A stretch of 64,000 bases of DNA from an uncultured bacterium (lineage in GTDB: Bacteria; Bacteroidota; Bacteroidia; Cytophagales; Cyclobacteriaceae), in contig CBRFFM010000015.1 of the NCBI GenBank assembly GCA_967789005.1, positions 2,623-66,622 on the forward strand. Reading direction: 5' to 3'. The notes beneath the pieces are model-generated. The model saw nothing but the letters and a program-made list of their open reading frames with translations, was not told the origin of the DNA and searched no databases. The position numbers and the translations under genes were made by a program. Below, in pieces: positions 27,896 to 37,393 of this stretch (positions are counted from its first letter, which is position 1; each line of letters begins with the position of its first letter).

Positions 27896-28825
27896 ATGAA
27901 AAAAGCCACTATTTTATTTCTTGTATTATCCTGCGTATTATCTTCTTGCATCGTCTCAAAGAAAAAATTTGACGACATGCTCGCGCAAAAAATAAAAGCT
28001 GAGGGTGAACTTGCAGATAAATCAAAGAAATTAGATGACACAAATGAATTACTCAAGAAATTGAAACAAGATTCAGTTAGTATAACTCAGAGCCTTCAGT
28101 CTTCAAGCAAAAAATTAACAGAGCTCAATAGTGAATACGAAAAGCTTAACATGAATTACAAATCATCGTTGAATAAAAGTGGAAAGTTAAGTGCGGATTT
28201 GGTACAGCAGCGTGATCAATTGCTGGCTATTCAAGACAACCTTGAAAAGACAAGGAAACAAAATGACTCACTCAGTAATAGTTTGTCTGAAAGAGAGAAG
28301 AAAGTAAAAGAGCTTGAACAAGTTCTGGCAAATAAAGACAAAGCAGTTCAAGCTTTGAAAACACGAATCAGCAATGCATTACTCAACTTTAAAGAGAATG
28401 ATCTTACGGTAAAAGTTAAGAATGGAAAAGTTTATGTTTCTCTGGCGGAACAACTCTTGTTTGGTTCAGGAAGCATTGCAGTTGATAAAAAAGGAGAGAC
28501 CGCTTTACAGCAATTGGCAAAAGCGCTTAAAGATCAGAAAGATATTCGCATGATGATAGAAGGGCATACTGATAATGTGCAGATCTCAAAGAAATCGCAA
28601 TACATGGAAGACAACTGGGATTTAAGTGTGATGCGTGCTACTTCCATCACAAAAATTTTAATGAAAGCAGGAATGTCGCCTAATCAAATTACTGCGGCAG
28701 GCAAAGGTGAATTTTCACCGGTGGCTCCAAATGATAATGCCGGTAACAAACAAAAGAACCGGAGAACAGAAATCATTGTTACGCCTAACCTGGACGAGCT
28801 TTTTAAAATTTTAGACGCAAATTAA
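27896..28825 (+). CDS. OmpA-family lipoprotein with a coiled-coil N-terminal region
   Basis: Lipobox LVLSCVLSSC, a long heptad-rich helical region, and a C-terminal OmpA-like domain (IEGHTDN..., NRRTEI). Confidence 0.85.
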   Translation: MKKATILFLVLSCVLSSCIVSKKKFDDMLAQKIKAEGELADKSKKLDDTNELLKKLKQDSVSITQSLQSSSKKLTELNSEYEKLNMNYKSSLNKSGKLSADLVQQRDQLLAIQDNLEKTRKQNDSLSNSLSEREKKVKELEQVLANKDKAVQALKTRISNALLNFKENDLTVKVKNGKVYVSLAEQLLFGSGSIAVDKKGETALQQLAKALKDQKDIRMMIEGHTDNVQISKKSQYMEDNWDLSVMRATSITKILMKAGMSPNQITAAGKGEFSPVAPNDNAGNKQKNRRTEIIVTPNLDELFKILDAN

Positions 28826-28836
28826 ATATCAAATTT

Positions 28837-29001
28837 ATGGGAAGACTCATTTCCTTAGCGGTCTTAGTTCTTGATGTCATTGTGATTCTAGACATCCTCA
28901 AAAGCAACAAAGACATGGAGAAGAAAATCTTGTGGATAATAGCTGTTGTTTTCCTTCCGTTGATTGGCCCTGTTTTGTACTACCTTATCGGGAAGAAGTA
29001 A
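28837..29001 (+). CDS. PLDc_N-domain small membrane protein (54 aa), below the ORF-track length cut-off
   Basis: Hand translation gives MGRLISLAVLVLDVIVILDILKSNKDMEKKILWIIAVVFLPLIGPVLYYLIGKK. The W..(V)VF.P.iG...Y motif is characteristic of the PLD N-terminal domain family. Confidence 0.7.
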   Translation: MGRLISLAVLVLDVIVILDILKSNKDMEKKILWIIAVVFLPLIGPVLYYLIGKK

Positions 29002-30307
29002 GTTCAAACCTCAGTATTCTTTTGGTGGAGGAGGTGATTTTATAATTGTCGCCAATGCGATGGCCAACGATCCATGCAATTTCATTTCCTGACTCTAGAA
29101 CTGTAATCATTTCCTTGTCTGTAACAGAAACTTTCTGATCGATGAGAAAGTCACTTACCTTTTTCTTGTGATCCATGCCGAGTGGATGAAAATGATCTCC
29201 CGCTCTCCATTTGCGCCACGTTAATGGAAATTGGAGCTTATCTTCATCAAGCACCGCAAGGGAAGTTTTATTGGAGAACTCCGCCTTAGTAGTTTCCGAA
29301 ATTCTTAAAACATATTTTCCTAAGTGCGCTTCAATCAGCTCTTTGTTAATTTGAATTTCAGCTAATTCACTTTCATGTTTTGCGATAACCAAATACTCAC
29401 GGTCAATGACCAATTCAAATTCATGTGAGTAAAATTTCTTGCCCGGTTGTCCATTCAATGATTTTACAACTTGTTTGCATTGATCCAGGTTAAAACCAAA
29501 ATGCTTTGTTAGATTCCAAAGTAGCCCGCCAGGGTTTTGAAAATCTTGAAGTCCTTTCTTGTTTAAAAGAATCTGTTCTCCTTTTTGAGTTTCGAATTCT
29601 TTCTTCCAATGCCAAATGCCAAATGCCATTAATTCGCTAGCCCCTGAGATCTTATCACTGGAATCGGAGAAAGAATTTTCAAGGGAAGGATTTATTTCTT
29701 TAAGTGCAGGAACAACCTTATGCCGGATGAAATTGCGTTGATAGTCATCACTCGCGTTACTACTGTCTTCCCGCCACAAGATTTTATTTTTTTTCGCGTA
29801 AGTTTCAATTTGTTGCCTGGTGGCAAATAGCAAAGGGCGGATGATCTTTCCGTTTTTCGATTCAATGCCATTAAGACCTTCAAGCCCTGAACCTCGAGTA
29901 AAATTCAAAAGCGCGGTTTCAATCGAATCATTTAGATGATGTGCTGTGGCGATGCAATCAAATTGGTGTTCATTTGCTAATTCTTTAAACCAGTGATAAC
30001 GCAATTCGCGTGCGGCCATTTGAATGGATAAAGAATTTTCTAACGCAAACACCGCGGTCTCAAATCGCGTAGCGAAAAAGGGAACAGAAAATTTCTCGCA
30101 TTCCTTCTTAACGAACAGCTCGTCTCCATTGGATTCTTCACCACGCAACTCAAAATTAACGTGAGCCACGCTAATGTTAAATCCGCATTCGCGGAACAAA
30201 TGCAGCATCACCATAGAATCCATTCCTCCACTGACAGTCAGAAGGACTTTGTCTTTGGGAGTGCAAAGGTCCTTTTTAGTTAGATAGCTTAGAAATTCCT
30301 CTTTCAT
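28985..30307 (-). CDS. tilS: tRNA(Ile)-lysidine synthase
   Basis: PP-loop SGGMDS, HLNDSIET and a C-terminal TilS domain. Confidence 0.9.
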   Translation of the reverse strand: MKEEFLSYLTKKDLCTPKDKVLLTVSGGMDSMVMLHLFRECGFNISVAHVNFELRGEESNGDELFVKKECEKFSVPFFATRFETAVFALENSLSIQMAARELRYHWFKELANEHQFDCIATAHHLNDSIETALLNFTRGSGLEGLNGIESKNGKIIRPLLFATRQQIETYAKKNKILWREDSSNASDDYQRNFIRHKVVPALKEINPSLENSFSDSSDKISGASELMAFGIWHWKKEFETQKGEQILLNKKGLQDFQNPGGLLWNLTKHFGFNLDQCKQVVKSLNGQPGKKFYSHEFELVIDREYLVIAKHESELAEIQINKELIEAHLGKYVLRISETTKAEFSNKTSLAVLDEDKLQFPLTWRKWRAGDHFHPLGMDHKKKVSDFLIDQKVSVTDKEMITVLESGNEIAWIVGHRIGDNYKITSSTKRILRFELTSSR

Positions 30308-30313
30308 GTTTAT

Positions 30314-30874
30314 TTAAACAGCCATCCTCTTCTTCGCCTCAATACACCACAACAATTCATTTACAAATGTGGTTGCGCGTTTATCGGTGCGAGATTTGTC
30401 AATAGCGTTTCCGTTTTCGTCAAACATCTCAGCCACTTTCGGAACGGGGAACATCGCGGGCACTGTCCATGCACGGATTTTCCAGAGTGAAAACTGCAAA
30501 GAAGTTATTACTTGTGTTCCGCCAAATGATCCATCGGACACAGTGGTGATGGCAATGGGTTTTTTAAACCATTCATCGTAAAGAAGATCAACTGCATTTT
30601 TTAATGCTGCCGGGTAGCCGCCATTATATTCTGGTGTAACAAGGATAACACCATCGGCCGATTTTATTTTGCCAGCAAATTCAAGAACCGATGAAGAAGG
30701 GTTTGGTTGAAATTTTAATCGCTCATTGAAAATTGGGAATTGGTATTCATTCAAATCCAAAATTTCGACAGTGCCTAATTTATTTTCCTCTACGAATTTT
30801 TTGAAATACATCGCAACGCGATGACTATGGCGCCCCGTGCGAACGCTGGCTGATAAAATGGTAATGTGTGGCAT
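30314..30874 (-). CDS. NADPH-dependent FMN reductase family protein
   Basis: ILSASVRTGRHSHRV and LVTPEYNGGYPAALKNAVD mark a flavodoxin-like fold. Confidence 0.85.
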   Translation of the reverse strand: MPHITILSASVRTGRHSHRVAMYFKKFVEENKLGTVEILDLNEYQFPIFNERLKFQPNPSSSVLEFAGKIKSADGVILVTPEYNGGYPAALKNAVDLLYDEWFKKPIAITTVSDGSFGGTQVITSLQFSLWKIRAWTVPAMFPVPKVAEMFDENGNAIDKSRTDKRATTFVNELLWCIEAKKRMAV

Positions 30875-30950
30875 GTGCTTTCTGTTGAAAGCATAAAAGT
30901 AATTGATTCCTGCCGAAGTGAGTTGAAGGAAATACGACCTAATTTAAATT

Positions 30951-31011
30951 CTTCGCGCCTTAGCGTCTTTGCGGTTAGCATTTTTTACCGCAAAGGCGCA
31001 AGGACGCAAGG
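30951..31011. repeat. Octamer-built imperfect palindrome, CTTnGCGn x3 facing nCGCAAGG x3
   Basis: cttcgcgc|cttagcgt|ctttgcgg, then a loop, then ccgcaaag|gcgcaagg|acgcaagg. The inner unit pair is perfectly complementary and about 18 of 24 positions pair overall. It shares the 13-mer gcgtctttgcggt with 58218-58230. Confidence 0.85.
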
Positions 31012-31020
31012 GGATGCAGC

Positions 31021-32223
31021 CTAAGTCTCTAGAACAACTCTCTTTGATATCGCTTCTTCCAACGGCTCTGATTTTTTCATTTTCAAGCCGAAGAGAAGGC
31101 GAGTCACATTGTTAGTTCGAATTACTAAGAAAATCAGGACGCAACTCACCAATGTAAGTAAGCTGATCGTCCAGAATTTTGCGAAGATGCTCCAGTCCCA
31201 TTGGCAAACATAATAACCGATTGCTAGGATTGCGGTCTGGTGTAAAATGTAAAACGGATATAACCCTTCGTTAAAATATTTCAACCATGGGTGTGGACGG
31301 TTGAGGTAGTGTTGTCCGTAACCGATAATAGTGATCAGCGAAAACCATCCCACAAAAATGGAGAACACACTGAAGACGGCCTCCACGGTATCATCACTCC
31401 ATGGGAACTGAATCACATGTCTGAAATGCAAGAACACTACATAAAATGGAATCAAAGCAAAAACAGTTGCTATCAATAAATGCCTTCTATTCTGTCCGAT
31501 CAATTGCCACAGTTGTGCTGATGAATAACAGATCATCCCGAATAGGAAAAAGCAGAAATAATAAACAACATAGGATAAATCGCGCAGGTTGTGTTTCTCT
31601 TGCGGAAAATAAGGGCGAAGAAGAATTTGAGTGATCAAAATGAAAATAGATGGGATGAACAACATGCCTGCGGGGCTTGATAAAATTTTTGTAATGAAGT
31701 TTCTGAACTTAATTGATTTTGGTGAGCGCAGATAGATCAGGAAAGGAATTGTAGCTAAAGAATACAAAAACAAATAGGCCACAAACCACAAATGATGCCA
31801 GCTGAAACTTCCTCTGGGGTAAGGAACGAAATTGAATACCGTTTTATAAAAATCCCCATAGCTCGAATAGTTCTTAATGTGTTCATAGTAAATCTGCGGA
31901 GGCACAATCACAAACATTCCAAATACCAAAGGAATGAAAAGTTTTCTGAACCGCTCACCAGCAAACTGGCCAGGGGTTCTTTTCCCCAGCGCCATGTAGG
32001 TGCCGGCACCCGAAATGAAAAGGAGAAGCGGCATGCGCCAATAGTGAAGCCAAACCATCCAATAATTAAAGGAGGTGGAGAGTTCATTATTTTTTATGTG
32101 CCAATCCCAGGTGTTAAACCACATCCCCGTGTGAAAAAATAAAAGAATAAGGATAGCAATAAAGCGTAACCAGTCGAGGTCATGCCTGCGAGCTGTGAGT
32201 TCTAGTGTTTGTTGAGTGAGCAT
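31021..32223 (-). CDS. Acyltransferase family 3 (OpgC-like) membrane protein
   Basis: The N-terminus RRHDLDWLRFIAILILLFFH and about 10 TM helices fit the family. The start is set at ATG 32223. Confidence 0.8.
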   Translation of the reverse strand: MLTQQTLELTARRHDLDWLRFIAILILLFFHTGMWFNTWDWHIKNNELSTSFNYWMVWLHYWRMPLLLFISGAGTYMALGKRTPGQFAGERFRKLFIPLVFGMFVIVPPQIYYEHIKNYSSYGDFYKTVFNFVPYPRGSFSWHHLWFVAYLFLYSLATIPFLIYLRSPKSIKFRNFITKILSSPAGMLFIPSIFILITQILLRPYFPQEKHNLRDLSYVVYYFCFFLFGMICYSSAQLWQLIGQNRRHLLIATVFALIPFYVVFLHFRHVIQFPWSDDTVEAVFSVFSIFVGWFSLITIIGYGQHYLNRPHPWLKYFNEGLYPFYILHQTAILAIGYYVCQWDWSIFAKFWTISLLTLVSCVLIFLVIRTNNVTRLLFGLKMKKSEPLEEAISKRVVLET

Positions 32224-32381
32224 ATCGTTTGATTTTTTGACAAATAAACGAAGCCAAAGGATGCAGGTAAGACGGTTTTTATAGCCTCGCAGGCCGATTT
32301 TATAAAGTCGAACGCCTTCCACCCGTCAAATTCATGAAACATTGATTTGAGAAAAGAGTTTAATTGCGAAAAACTAAAACC

Positions 32382-33836
32382 ATGAAGGCTTTTTTTACTT
32401 TAACCTTGCTTGCTTGCTTTTCTCTCATCGGGTTCGCGCAGGAATCCGATCTGCCCAACGATTTTATGTCTAAGGCCTTTTATAAGGAACGGAGGGACAA
32501 ACTCCGCGAAAAGCTGCCGGCTAATTCTGTAGCTGTTTTTTTTGCAAACGCTATACGTAATAGGGCGAACGATGTGCAATATGTTTATCACCAAGACCCT
32601 GATTTTTATTATCTCACCGGATATAAAGAGCCAGACGCCCTTTTGTTAGTTTTTAAAGACATGCAAACGGCCAGCAACGGCACTGCTTATAATGAGATCA
32701 TCTTTGTGCAGCCACGCGATGAGCGAGCCGAGCAATGGACAGGCCGCAGACTTGGCGATAAGGGGGCCAAAAATTTGTTGGGCCTGGATCAGTCATTCAA
32801 CAATACCGAATTCAAACGCTATAATGTGGACTTCTCCAAATTTGCTTCCGTTTTGTTTTTTGATTTCAAGAACGATGTTCGCAACGACCCGAATGACTCC
32901 TCTGATTTGTACGATTTGATTACTCAATTCAAGGCCAAGACGAATTATCCGGAAAAGAATACTTCAACACTGACTGTTGAACCCGCCAAGAATAATTTGG
33001 ATGCCAAAGGTCTTAGCAAGATCATGAACAATTTGCGCGGAATTAAAACCAACGATGAGCTTGATATGATTCGCAAAGCGGTGAAGATCTCATGTGCCAG
33101 CCAAGTAGAAGTTATGAAAGCGATCAAGCCCGGAATGAGTGAGCGCGAGATTGAGGGCATTCATCAATATGTATTTAAAAAATATCAAGCGGAAGATATG
33201 GGCTACCCATCGATTGTGGGTGCGGGCCACAACGGATGCATTTTGCATTACGAAGATAACTACAAGCCAAGCATTTCTAGCAAGGAATTGATCTTAATGG
33301 ATTTGGGAGCCGAGTTTCATGGATATACGGCTGACATCACTCGCACGATTCCCGTGAACGGTAAGTTCTCTCCCGAACAAAAAATAATCTATGAGCTTGT
33401 GTTGAAAGCACAGGAAGAAGCAATGAAAGTTTGTAAGGCAGGCACACCTTTTCGTGACTTGTACGCTGCCACCGCCAAAATAATCGGACAGGGATTAAAA
33501 GAGCTCGGTATTATTCAAAGTGAAAGTGATGCACGTAAATATTATCCGCATGGATGTTGCCATCACATCGGATTGGATGTGCATGACCGAGGAACGTATG
33601 AAGTGCAGCAAGAGAACATGGTGATTACCATTGAGCCGGGCATTTATATCCCTGACAATTCTCCTTGCGATAAGAAATGGTGGGGAATAGCTGTGCGCAT
33701 TGAAGATGACTATTTAATCACAAAGGATGGCTATGATCATCTTTCAGTCTCTGCACCCCGCACCGTGAAAGACATTGAAGCCATGATGAAATTGCCGAGT
33801 GCGCTCGATGATTTCGTTCTGCCTGACCTTAAATGA
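32382..33836 (+). CDS. Secreted Xaa-Pro aminopeptidase (M24B)
   Basis: Signal peptide, AMP_N domain, and metal ligands in DLGAEFHGYTADITRT, HGCCHHIGLDVHD, EPGIY and VRIEDD. Confidence 0.9.
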   Translation: MKAFFTLTLLACFSLIGFAQESDLPNDFMSKAFYKERRDKLREKLPANSVAVFFANAIRNRANDVQYVYHQDPDFYYLTGYKEPDALLLVFKDMQTASNGTAYNEIIFVQPRDERAEQWTGRRLGDKGAKNLLGLDQSFNNTEFKRYNVDFSKFASVLFFDFKNDVRNDPNDSSDLYDLITQFKAKTNYPEKNTSTLTVEPAKNNLDAKGLSKIMNNLRGIKTNDELDMIRKAVKISCASQVEVMKAIKPGMSEREIEGIHQYVFKKYQAEDMGYPSIVGAGHNGCILHYEDNYKPSISSKELILMDLGAEFHGYTADITRTIPVNGKFSPEQKIIYELVLKAQEEAMKVCKAGTPFRDLYAATAKIIGQGLKELGIIQSESDARKYYPHGCCHHIGLDVHDRGTYEVQQENMVITIEPGIYIPDNSPCDKKWWGIAVRIEDDYLITKDGYDHLSVSAPRTVKDIEAMMKLPSALDDFVLPDLK

Positions 33837-33865
33837 TAAGAAAGACTAATTATTTTTTAGGAGGG

Positions 33866-34819
33866 CTAGTTGCTGCAACGCTCCAGGCCCTCCTTTGCTT
33901 CTTTTAAATTTGGATCTAGTTTAAGCGCAACCTCGAAATATTTTTTAGCCTCAACCTTTTTTCCCCTCTTTTCCTGGATCTGAGCCAAGCGCATATTGGT
34001 TCCTGAATGATTAGGTTCATTTTTTTGAGGCTCATAGTTTAAATATTTCCTTAAACACACTTCACCCTGATCCAATTTTTGTCCGCTGAGCGCTGCTGTT
34101 TTTCCTAACTGATAAATTGCACTATAATCTTCGGGATTCTTTTTTAACAGATTGTCCAAAAGATCGAATGCCTTCACATATTGCTTTTGACTTTGATAGT
34201 AACCTATTAGTTGAATGTTGTAAGCAGGATCAGCAGCAGCCATTTTCTGAAATTCTTTCTCGGCTTCATCATTCTTTTTTTCAGAAAGAAGAATGATACC
34301 CAATTGCCGATGGCCTTCTGCCGGCTTTATGTCGATGATTTGTTTTGCGGTTTCTTTCGCCTTATCGATACTGCCACCCATGAAGCCGGGCGCCATCCGG
34401 TAGAATTGAATAAGTGGAATACGCGCGTTTATATTCTTCGGATCCAGAGCAACTGCAGTCTCCCATGCTTTCCTCATCTTGGGCGCTAGCAATCCTTGCT
34501 TAAATGGATTGGCATCTTTTGCAATGTTGCCGTACGCATCGCCTAACCAATTAAAGTATTCGGACGACTTTGTATTCTTGATGGTGGCTGTTTCAAAATA
34601 ATCCGCGGCATCGTCATAATCTTTTCGGTCGAAAGCAATACGACCCAGGTAATATTGAGCCGCGGCATAGTCGCTGTGACTTTTTGAAATTAATTTCAGG
34701 GCGTCAATGGCTTCTGTGTATCTACTGGTTTCGTAGAGAGATTTCGCTCTTTCTAAAGTAGTAGTCTGACCAAATGAGGTTAGAGAAAGAAGAAGGGACA
34801 GGAACAAGAGTTTCATCAT
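33866..34819 (-). CDS. Secreted TPR-repeat protein
   Basis: Signal peptide MMKLLFLSLLLSLTSFGQ and several TPR-like A..Y..G/A..F..A motifs. Confidence 0.7.
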   Translation of the reverse strand: MMKLLFLSLLLSLTSFGQTTTLERAKSLYETSRYTEAIDALKLISKSHSDYAAAQYYLGRIAFDRKDYDDAADYFETATIKNTKSSEYFNWLGDAYGNIAKDANPFKQGLLAPKMRKAWETAVALDPKNINARIPLIQFYRMAPGFMGGSIDKAKETAKQIIDIKPAEGHRQLGIILLSEKKNDEAEKEFQKMAAADPAYNIQLIGYYQSQKQYVKAFDLLDNLLKKNPEDYSAIYQLGKTAALSGQKLDQGEVCLRKYLNYEPQKNEPNHSGTNMRLAQIQEKRGKKVEAKKYFEVALKLDPNLKEAKEGLERCSN

Positions 34820-34886
34820 AAGGTTATTTGATTGTGCATAGACGTTTAGGAAGTGTAAAGAGTTGCGTGATGAGGTGAAGATCAAT

Positions 34887-36113
34887 CTATTCAGACCTAT
34901 ATTCTGAAGGTGTTTTGCCTGTTATTTTTTTAAAGACGGTATTGAACGAGGACTTTGAATTGTAGCCCACCTTCTCTGCAATCTCTTCAATCTTAGTGTT
35001 AGGCTGGCCTTTCAATAATTGCTTTGCTTCGTTCACCCGATATTCTGCAGTCAATTCAAAGAAATTTTTGTTTAGACCTTCGTTGATGGCTTGCGAAAGC
35101 TGATGAACAGAGACTTTAAGTTTATCCGATAAATCGGGCAATGAAAACAAGGGATTGAGAAAAGGTTTTTCGGTTTCCATCACTTGCTTTAGTTTGGAGA
35201 TAATACTTTCTCTTTGGTCGGATGAAAGGGTAGAACTTTTGTATTTAGCAGTGGTGTCAATTAGTGACGCTTGTTTAAAGAATCCGGAATTTTGAATCAC
35301 CCGAAAGCTTGTAAAGTATACAGTCAATGAAATGTAGGCTGCAAACAAATGATCTCCGGTGTCATTCCTGTTAAATAATTTCACAATGGCGACAATGATC
35401 AATAGGGAGATGGATATTATAACTTCTGATCTCAAAAGAGTTAGAATTGGATTAGTTGATTTCCAGAACGATTCGCGTTTTGCTCGAAAGGCTTTGATGA
35501 TTTCAATGGAAGCAAGTCCGATGTAAATGAGAAGGCTGGATAATATCAGTTCTGTTGGATGATGCGTGAACCAATTCCATCGCGGATCATAATCAAGATG
35601 AACTTCTTTGAATGGAGAGCCCGGATGATAGGCGCTGATGTAGGCGTTGTATTTGGCGTTTTCGGGTGTAAGAAAAAATGGAAACAGCAGAATCAGATAG
35701 ATGATTGGCGTGATGAAGTGCAGGTAGTGTATTTTTTTAACACTGCCGCGAGCGCGACTTCGAATCATTAGATAAAGTGCGGGCCCTATTGCAAATGCGA
35801 CTGGCTCAGAAAAATCGGCCAGGTACAAGCAATTCACGATGTAGCCCGTGTACATTACGAATATCTCAATGTTGTTGAGCGCAATCGCGAGCAGCAAGAT
35901 TCCTTGAAAGAAATTGGCCTGCACTTTTCTGTTTTCCCCTGTCAAAAAGAAATAGGATAAGAAAATAGCTTGCACTATGCCGAGCAAAATGAAAATAGCA
36001 AATAGGTCGATCCGATAGTTCATGCCCAAAAATAGCTGACTTTTGTCAACAATGAATTCTGTCATGCCTCGCCATTTGTTAATATCACTTCTTTTTGAAA
36101 ACTTGAAAGGCAA
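34887..36113 (-). CDS. AraC-family transcriptional regulator with a polytopic membrane N-terminal domain
   Basis: The C-terminal HTH is IEEIAEKVGYNSKSSFNTVFKKITGKTPSEYR. The N-terminal 270 aa hold about 7 TM helices. Confidence 0.8.
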   Translation of the reverse strand: MPFKFSKRSDINKWRGMTEFIVDKSQLFLGMNYRIDLFAIFILLGIVQAIFLSYFFLTGENRKVQANFFQGILLLAIALNNIEIFVMYTGYIVNCLYLADFSEPVAFAIGPALYLMIRSRARGSVKKIHYLHFITPIIYLILLFPFFLTPENAKYNAYISAYHPGSPFKEVHLDYDPRWNWFTHHPTELILSSLLIYIGLASIEIIKAFRAKRESFWKSTNPILTLLRSEVIISISLLIIVAIVKLFNRNDTGDHLFAAYISLTVYFTSFRVIQNSGFFKQASLIDTTAKYKSSTLSSDQRESIISKLKQVMETEKPFLNPLFSLPDLSDKLKVSVHQLSQAINEGLNKNFFELTAEYRVNEAKQLLKGQPNTKIEEIAEKVGYNSKSSFNTVFKKITGKTPSEYRSE

Positions 36114-36131
36114 TTCAAATTCTCTTTAGCC

Positions 36132-36908
36132 ATGCTCAAACTCTTTCGAAGCCTAAAACTGATTATCAATTATAAAACATGGGTGATTACAGGTCTCTCA
36201 GTCTTATCCAGTTATCTGTGTTTTCATTGGGGGCTGACTGCAAAGTTTCCGGATATGCTGGTTGGTGTTGCAATTGTTTTTCCCGTAGTGTTTAGCATCG
36301 GTTCGGCCTACACAAGAAGAGAGACAGCGCTACAGAAATTTTCTGATTTTAAAGGACATGCAATAGCAATCTATTATGCTTCACGCGATTGGTCGACTGA
36401 AAAAGACCATGATCTTTCGGGTAAAGCTAAAGTCCTGATCCTTGAATTGCTGGTCCTCATGAAAGACATGTTCAAAAGCAACGACCATGCGGTGTGGGAT
36501 GAAGACGAAAGGAAAATCTATGAATTGTTTTCAAAGCTCTCTGGCCTCACCATGGAGTTTCGCAAGCATGGTGTGCAGAGTGGAGAGGTATCACGCGTAA
36601 GTCAGTATGTAAGCAAAATGGTTATCGCATTTGATAACATGCGGATTATTCATCGTTATCGCACGCCAGTTACGTTGCGTGCCTACAGTAAAGTGTTCAT
36701 TTATTCTTTTCCAATTATTTATGGCCCCTATTTCGCCAGCACCTTTCACGATTTTTCTGCGCAGCTGGAATATGTTATGCCAATCATGTACAGCTTTATA
36801 CTAGTGAGCTTAGATAATATTCAGGACCAGTTAGAAAATCCCTTTGATGAAGTAGGAGAAGATGACATCGAGATTGAAACCGATGAGACTGCCATGCATT
36901 TAGTCTGA
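36132..36908 (+). CDS. Bestrophin-like (UPF0187) membrane protein
   Basis: N-terminal TM pairs and the C-terminal LENPFDEVGEDDIEI motif resemble bacterial bestrophin homologues. Assigned from memory only. Confidence 0.55.
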   Translation: MLKLFRSLKLIINYKTWVITGLSVLSSYLCFHWGLTAKFPDMLVGVAIVFPVVFSIGSAYTRRETALQKFSDFKGHAIAIYYASRDWSTEKDHDLSGKAKVLILELLVLMKDMFKSNDHAVWDEDERKIYELFSKLSGLTMEFRKHGVQSGEVSRVSQYVSKMVIAFDNMRIIHRYRTPVTLRAYSKVFIYSFPIIYGPYFASTFHDFSAQLEYVMPIMYSFILVSLDNIQDQLENPFDEVGEDDIEIETDETAMHLV

Positions 36909-36910
36909 TT

Positions 36911-36949
36911 GATCGCGGATTGATTATGGATTAATGGATAACACGGATT
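36911..36949. repeat. Left inverted-repeat arm (GGATT units) flanking the GxxExxY pseudogene
   Basis: The terminus gatcgcggatt at 36911-36921 is perfectly complementary to aatccgcgatc at 37383-37393. The inner end acacggatt pairs with aatccgcgt at 8 of 9 positions. Confidence 0.85.
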
Positions 36950-36950
36950 T

Positions 36951-37344
36951 TTATAGCTCCTTAACTGTGTGATTTTGCATTAACACCAATCTTTTGAAAG
37001 TTAAACTCTTAGATCCGAAATTGATGAGAAGCCCTACTTCTAATTTGTAGGCTTTTAGGTAATTGAGTGCTTGCCGTCTTCAAGTTGAATAATCGCTTTG
37101 GAGTTCTACCAAGATTTTTTCTTCCACAACAAAGTCGGCTCTTCGTTTACCAATGGGATCTGGCAAATCCTTATAAAAAATCTCATGCTCTATTTCTCTT
37201 TTAAAACTAAGATTGTATTTACCTAATTCATAAGCTAAAGCTCGTTGATAAATGACTTCTGGAAATCCGTTGCCTAGAAATTTATGAACCTCAAAAAGAT
37301 GCTCCGATGATCTTTTCTGTAATGTCTTTATACTTTAATTCCAT
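36951..37344 (-). pseudogene. GxxExxY-family (PD-(D/E)XK-like) gene disrupted by frameshifts
   Basis: Minus-strand translation gives MELKYKDITEKIIGASF, then TGA at a T5 run (37293-37297). Shifting frame restores EVHKFLGNGFPEVIYQRALAYELGKYNLSFKREIEHEIFYKDLPDPIGKRRADFVVEEKILVEL. A second disruption follows (..QSDYST*RR), then QALNYLKAYKLEVGLLINFGSKSLTFKRL. The track shows no ORF of 60 aa or more here. Confidence 0.75.
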
Positions 37345-37356
37345 TTTCAAATTTTG

Positions 37357-37393
37357 AATCCGCGTAAATCCATCAATCCTCTAATCCGCGATC
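37357..37393. repeat. Right inverted-repeat arm (AATCC units) flanking the GxxExxY pseudogene
   Basis: In aatccgcgtaaatccatcaatcctctaatccgcgatc, AATCC recurs at spacings of 10, 8 and 8 nt. The arm overlaps the stop codon of the OmpA-PD40 gene. Confidence 0.85.
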
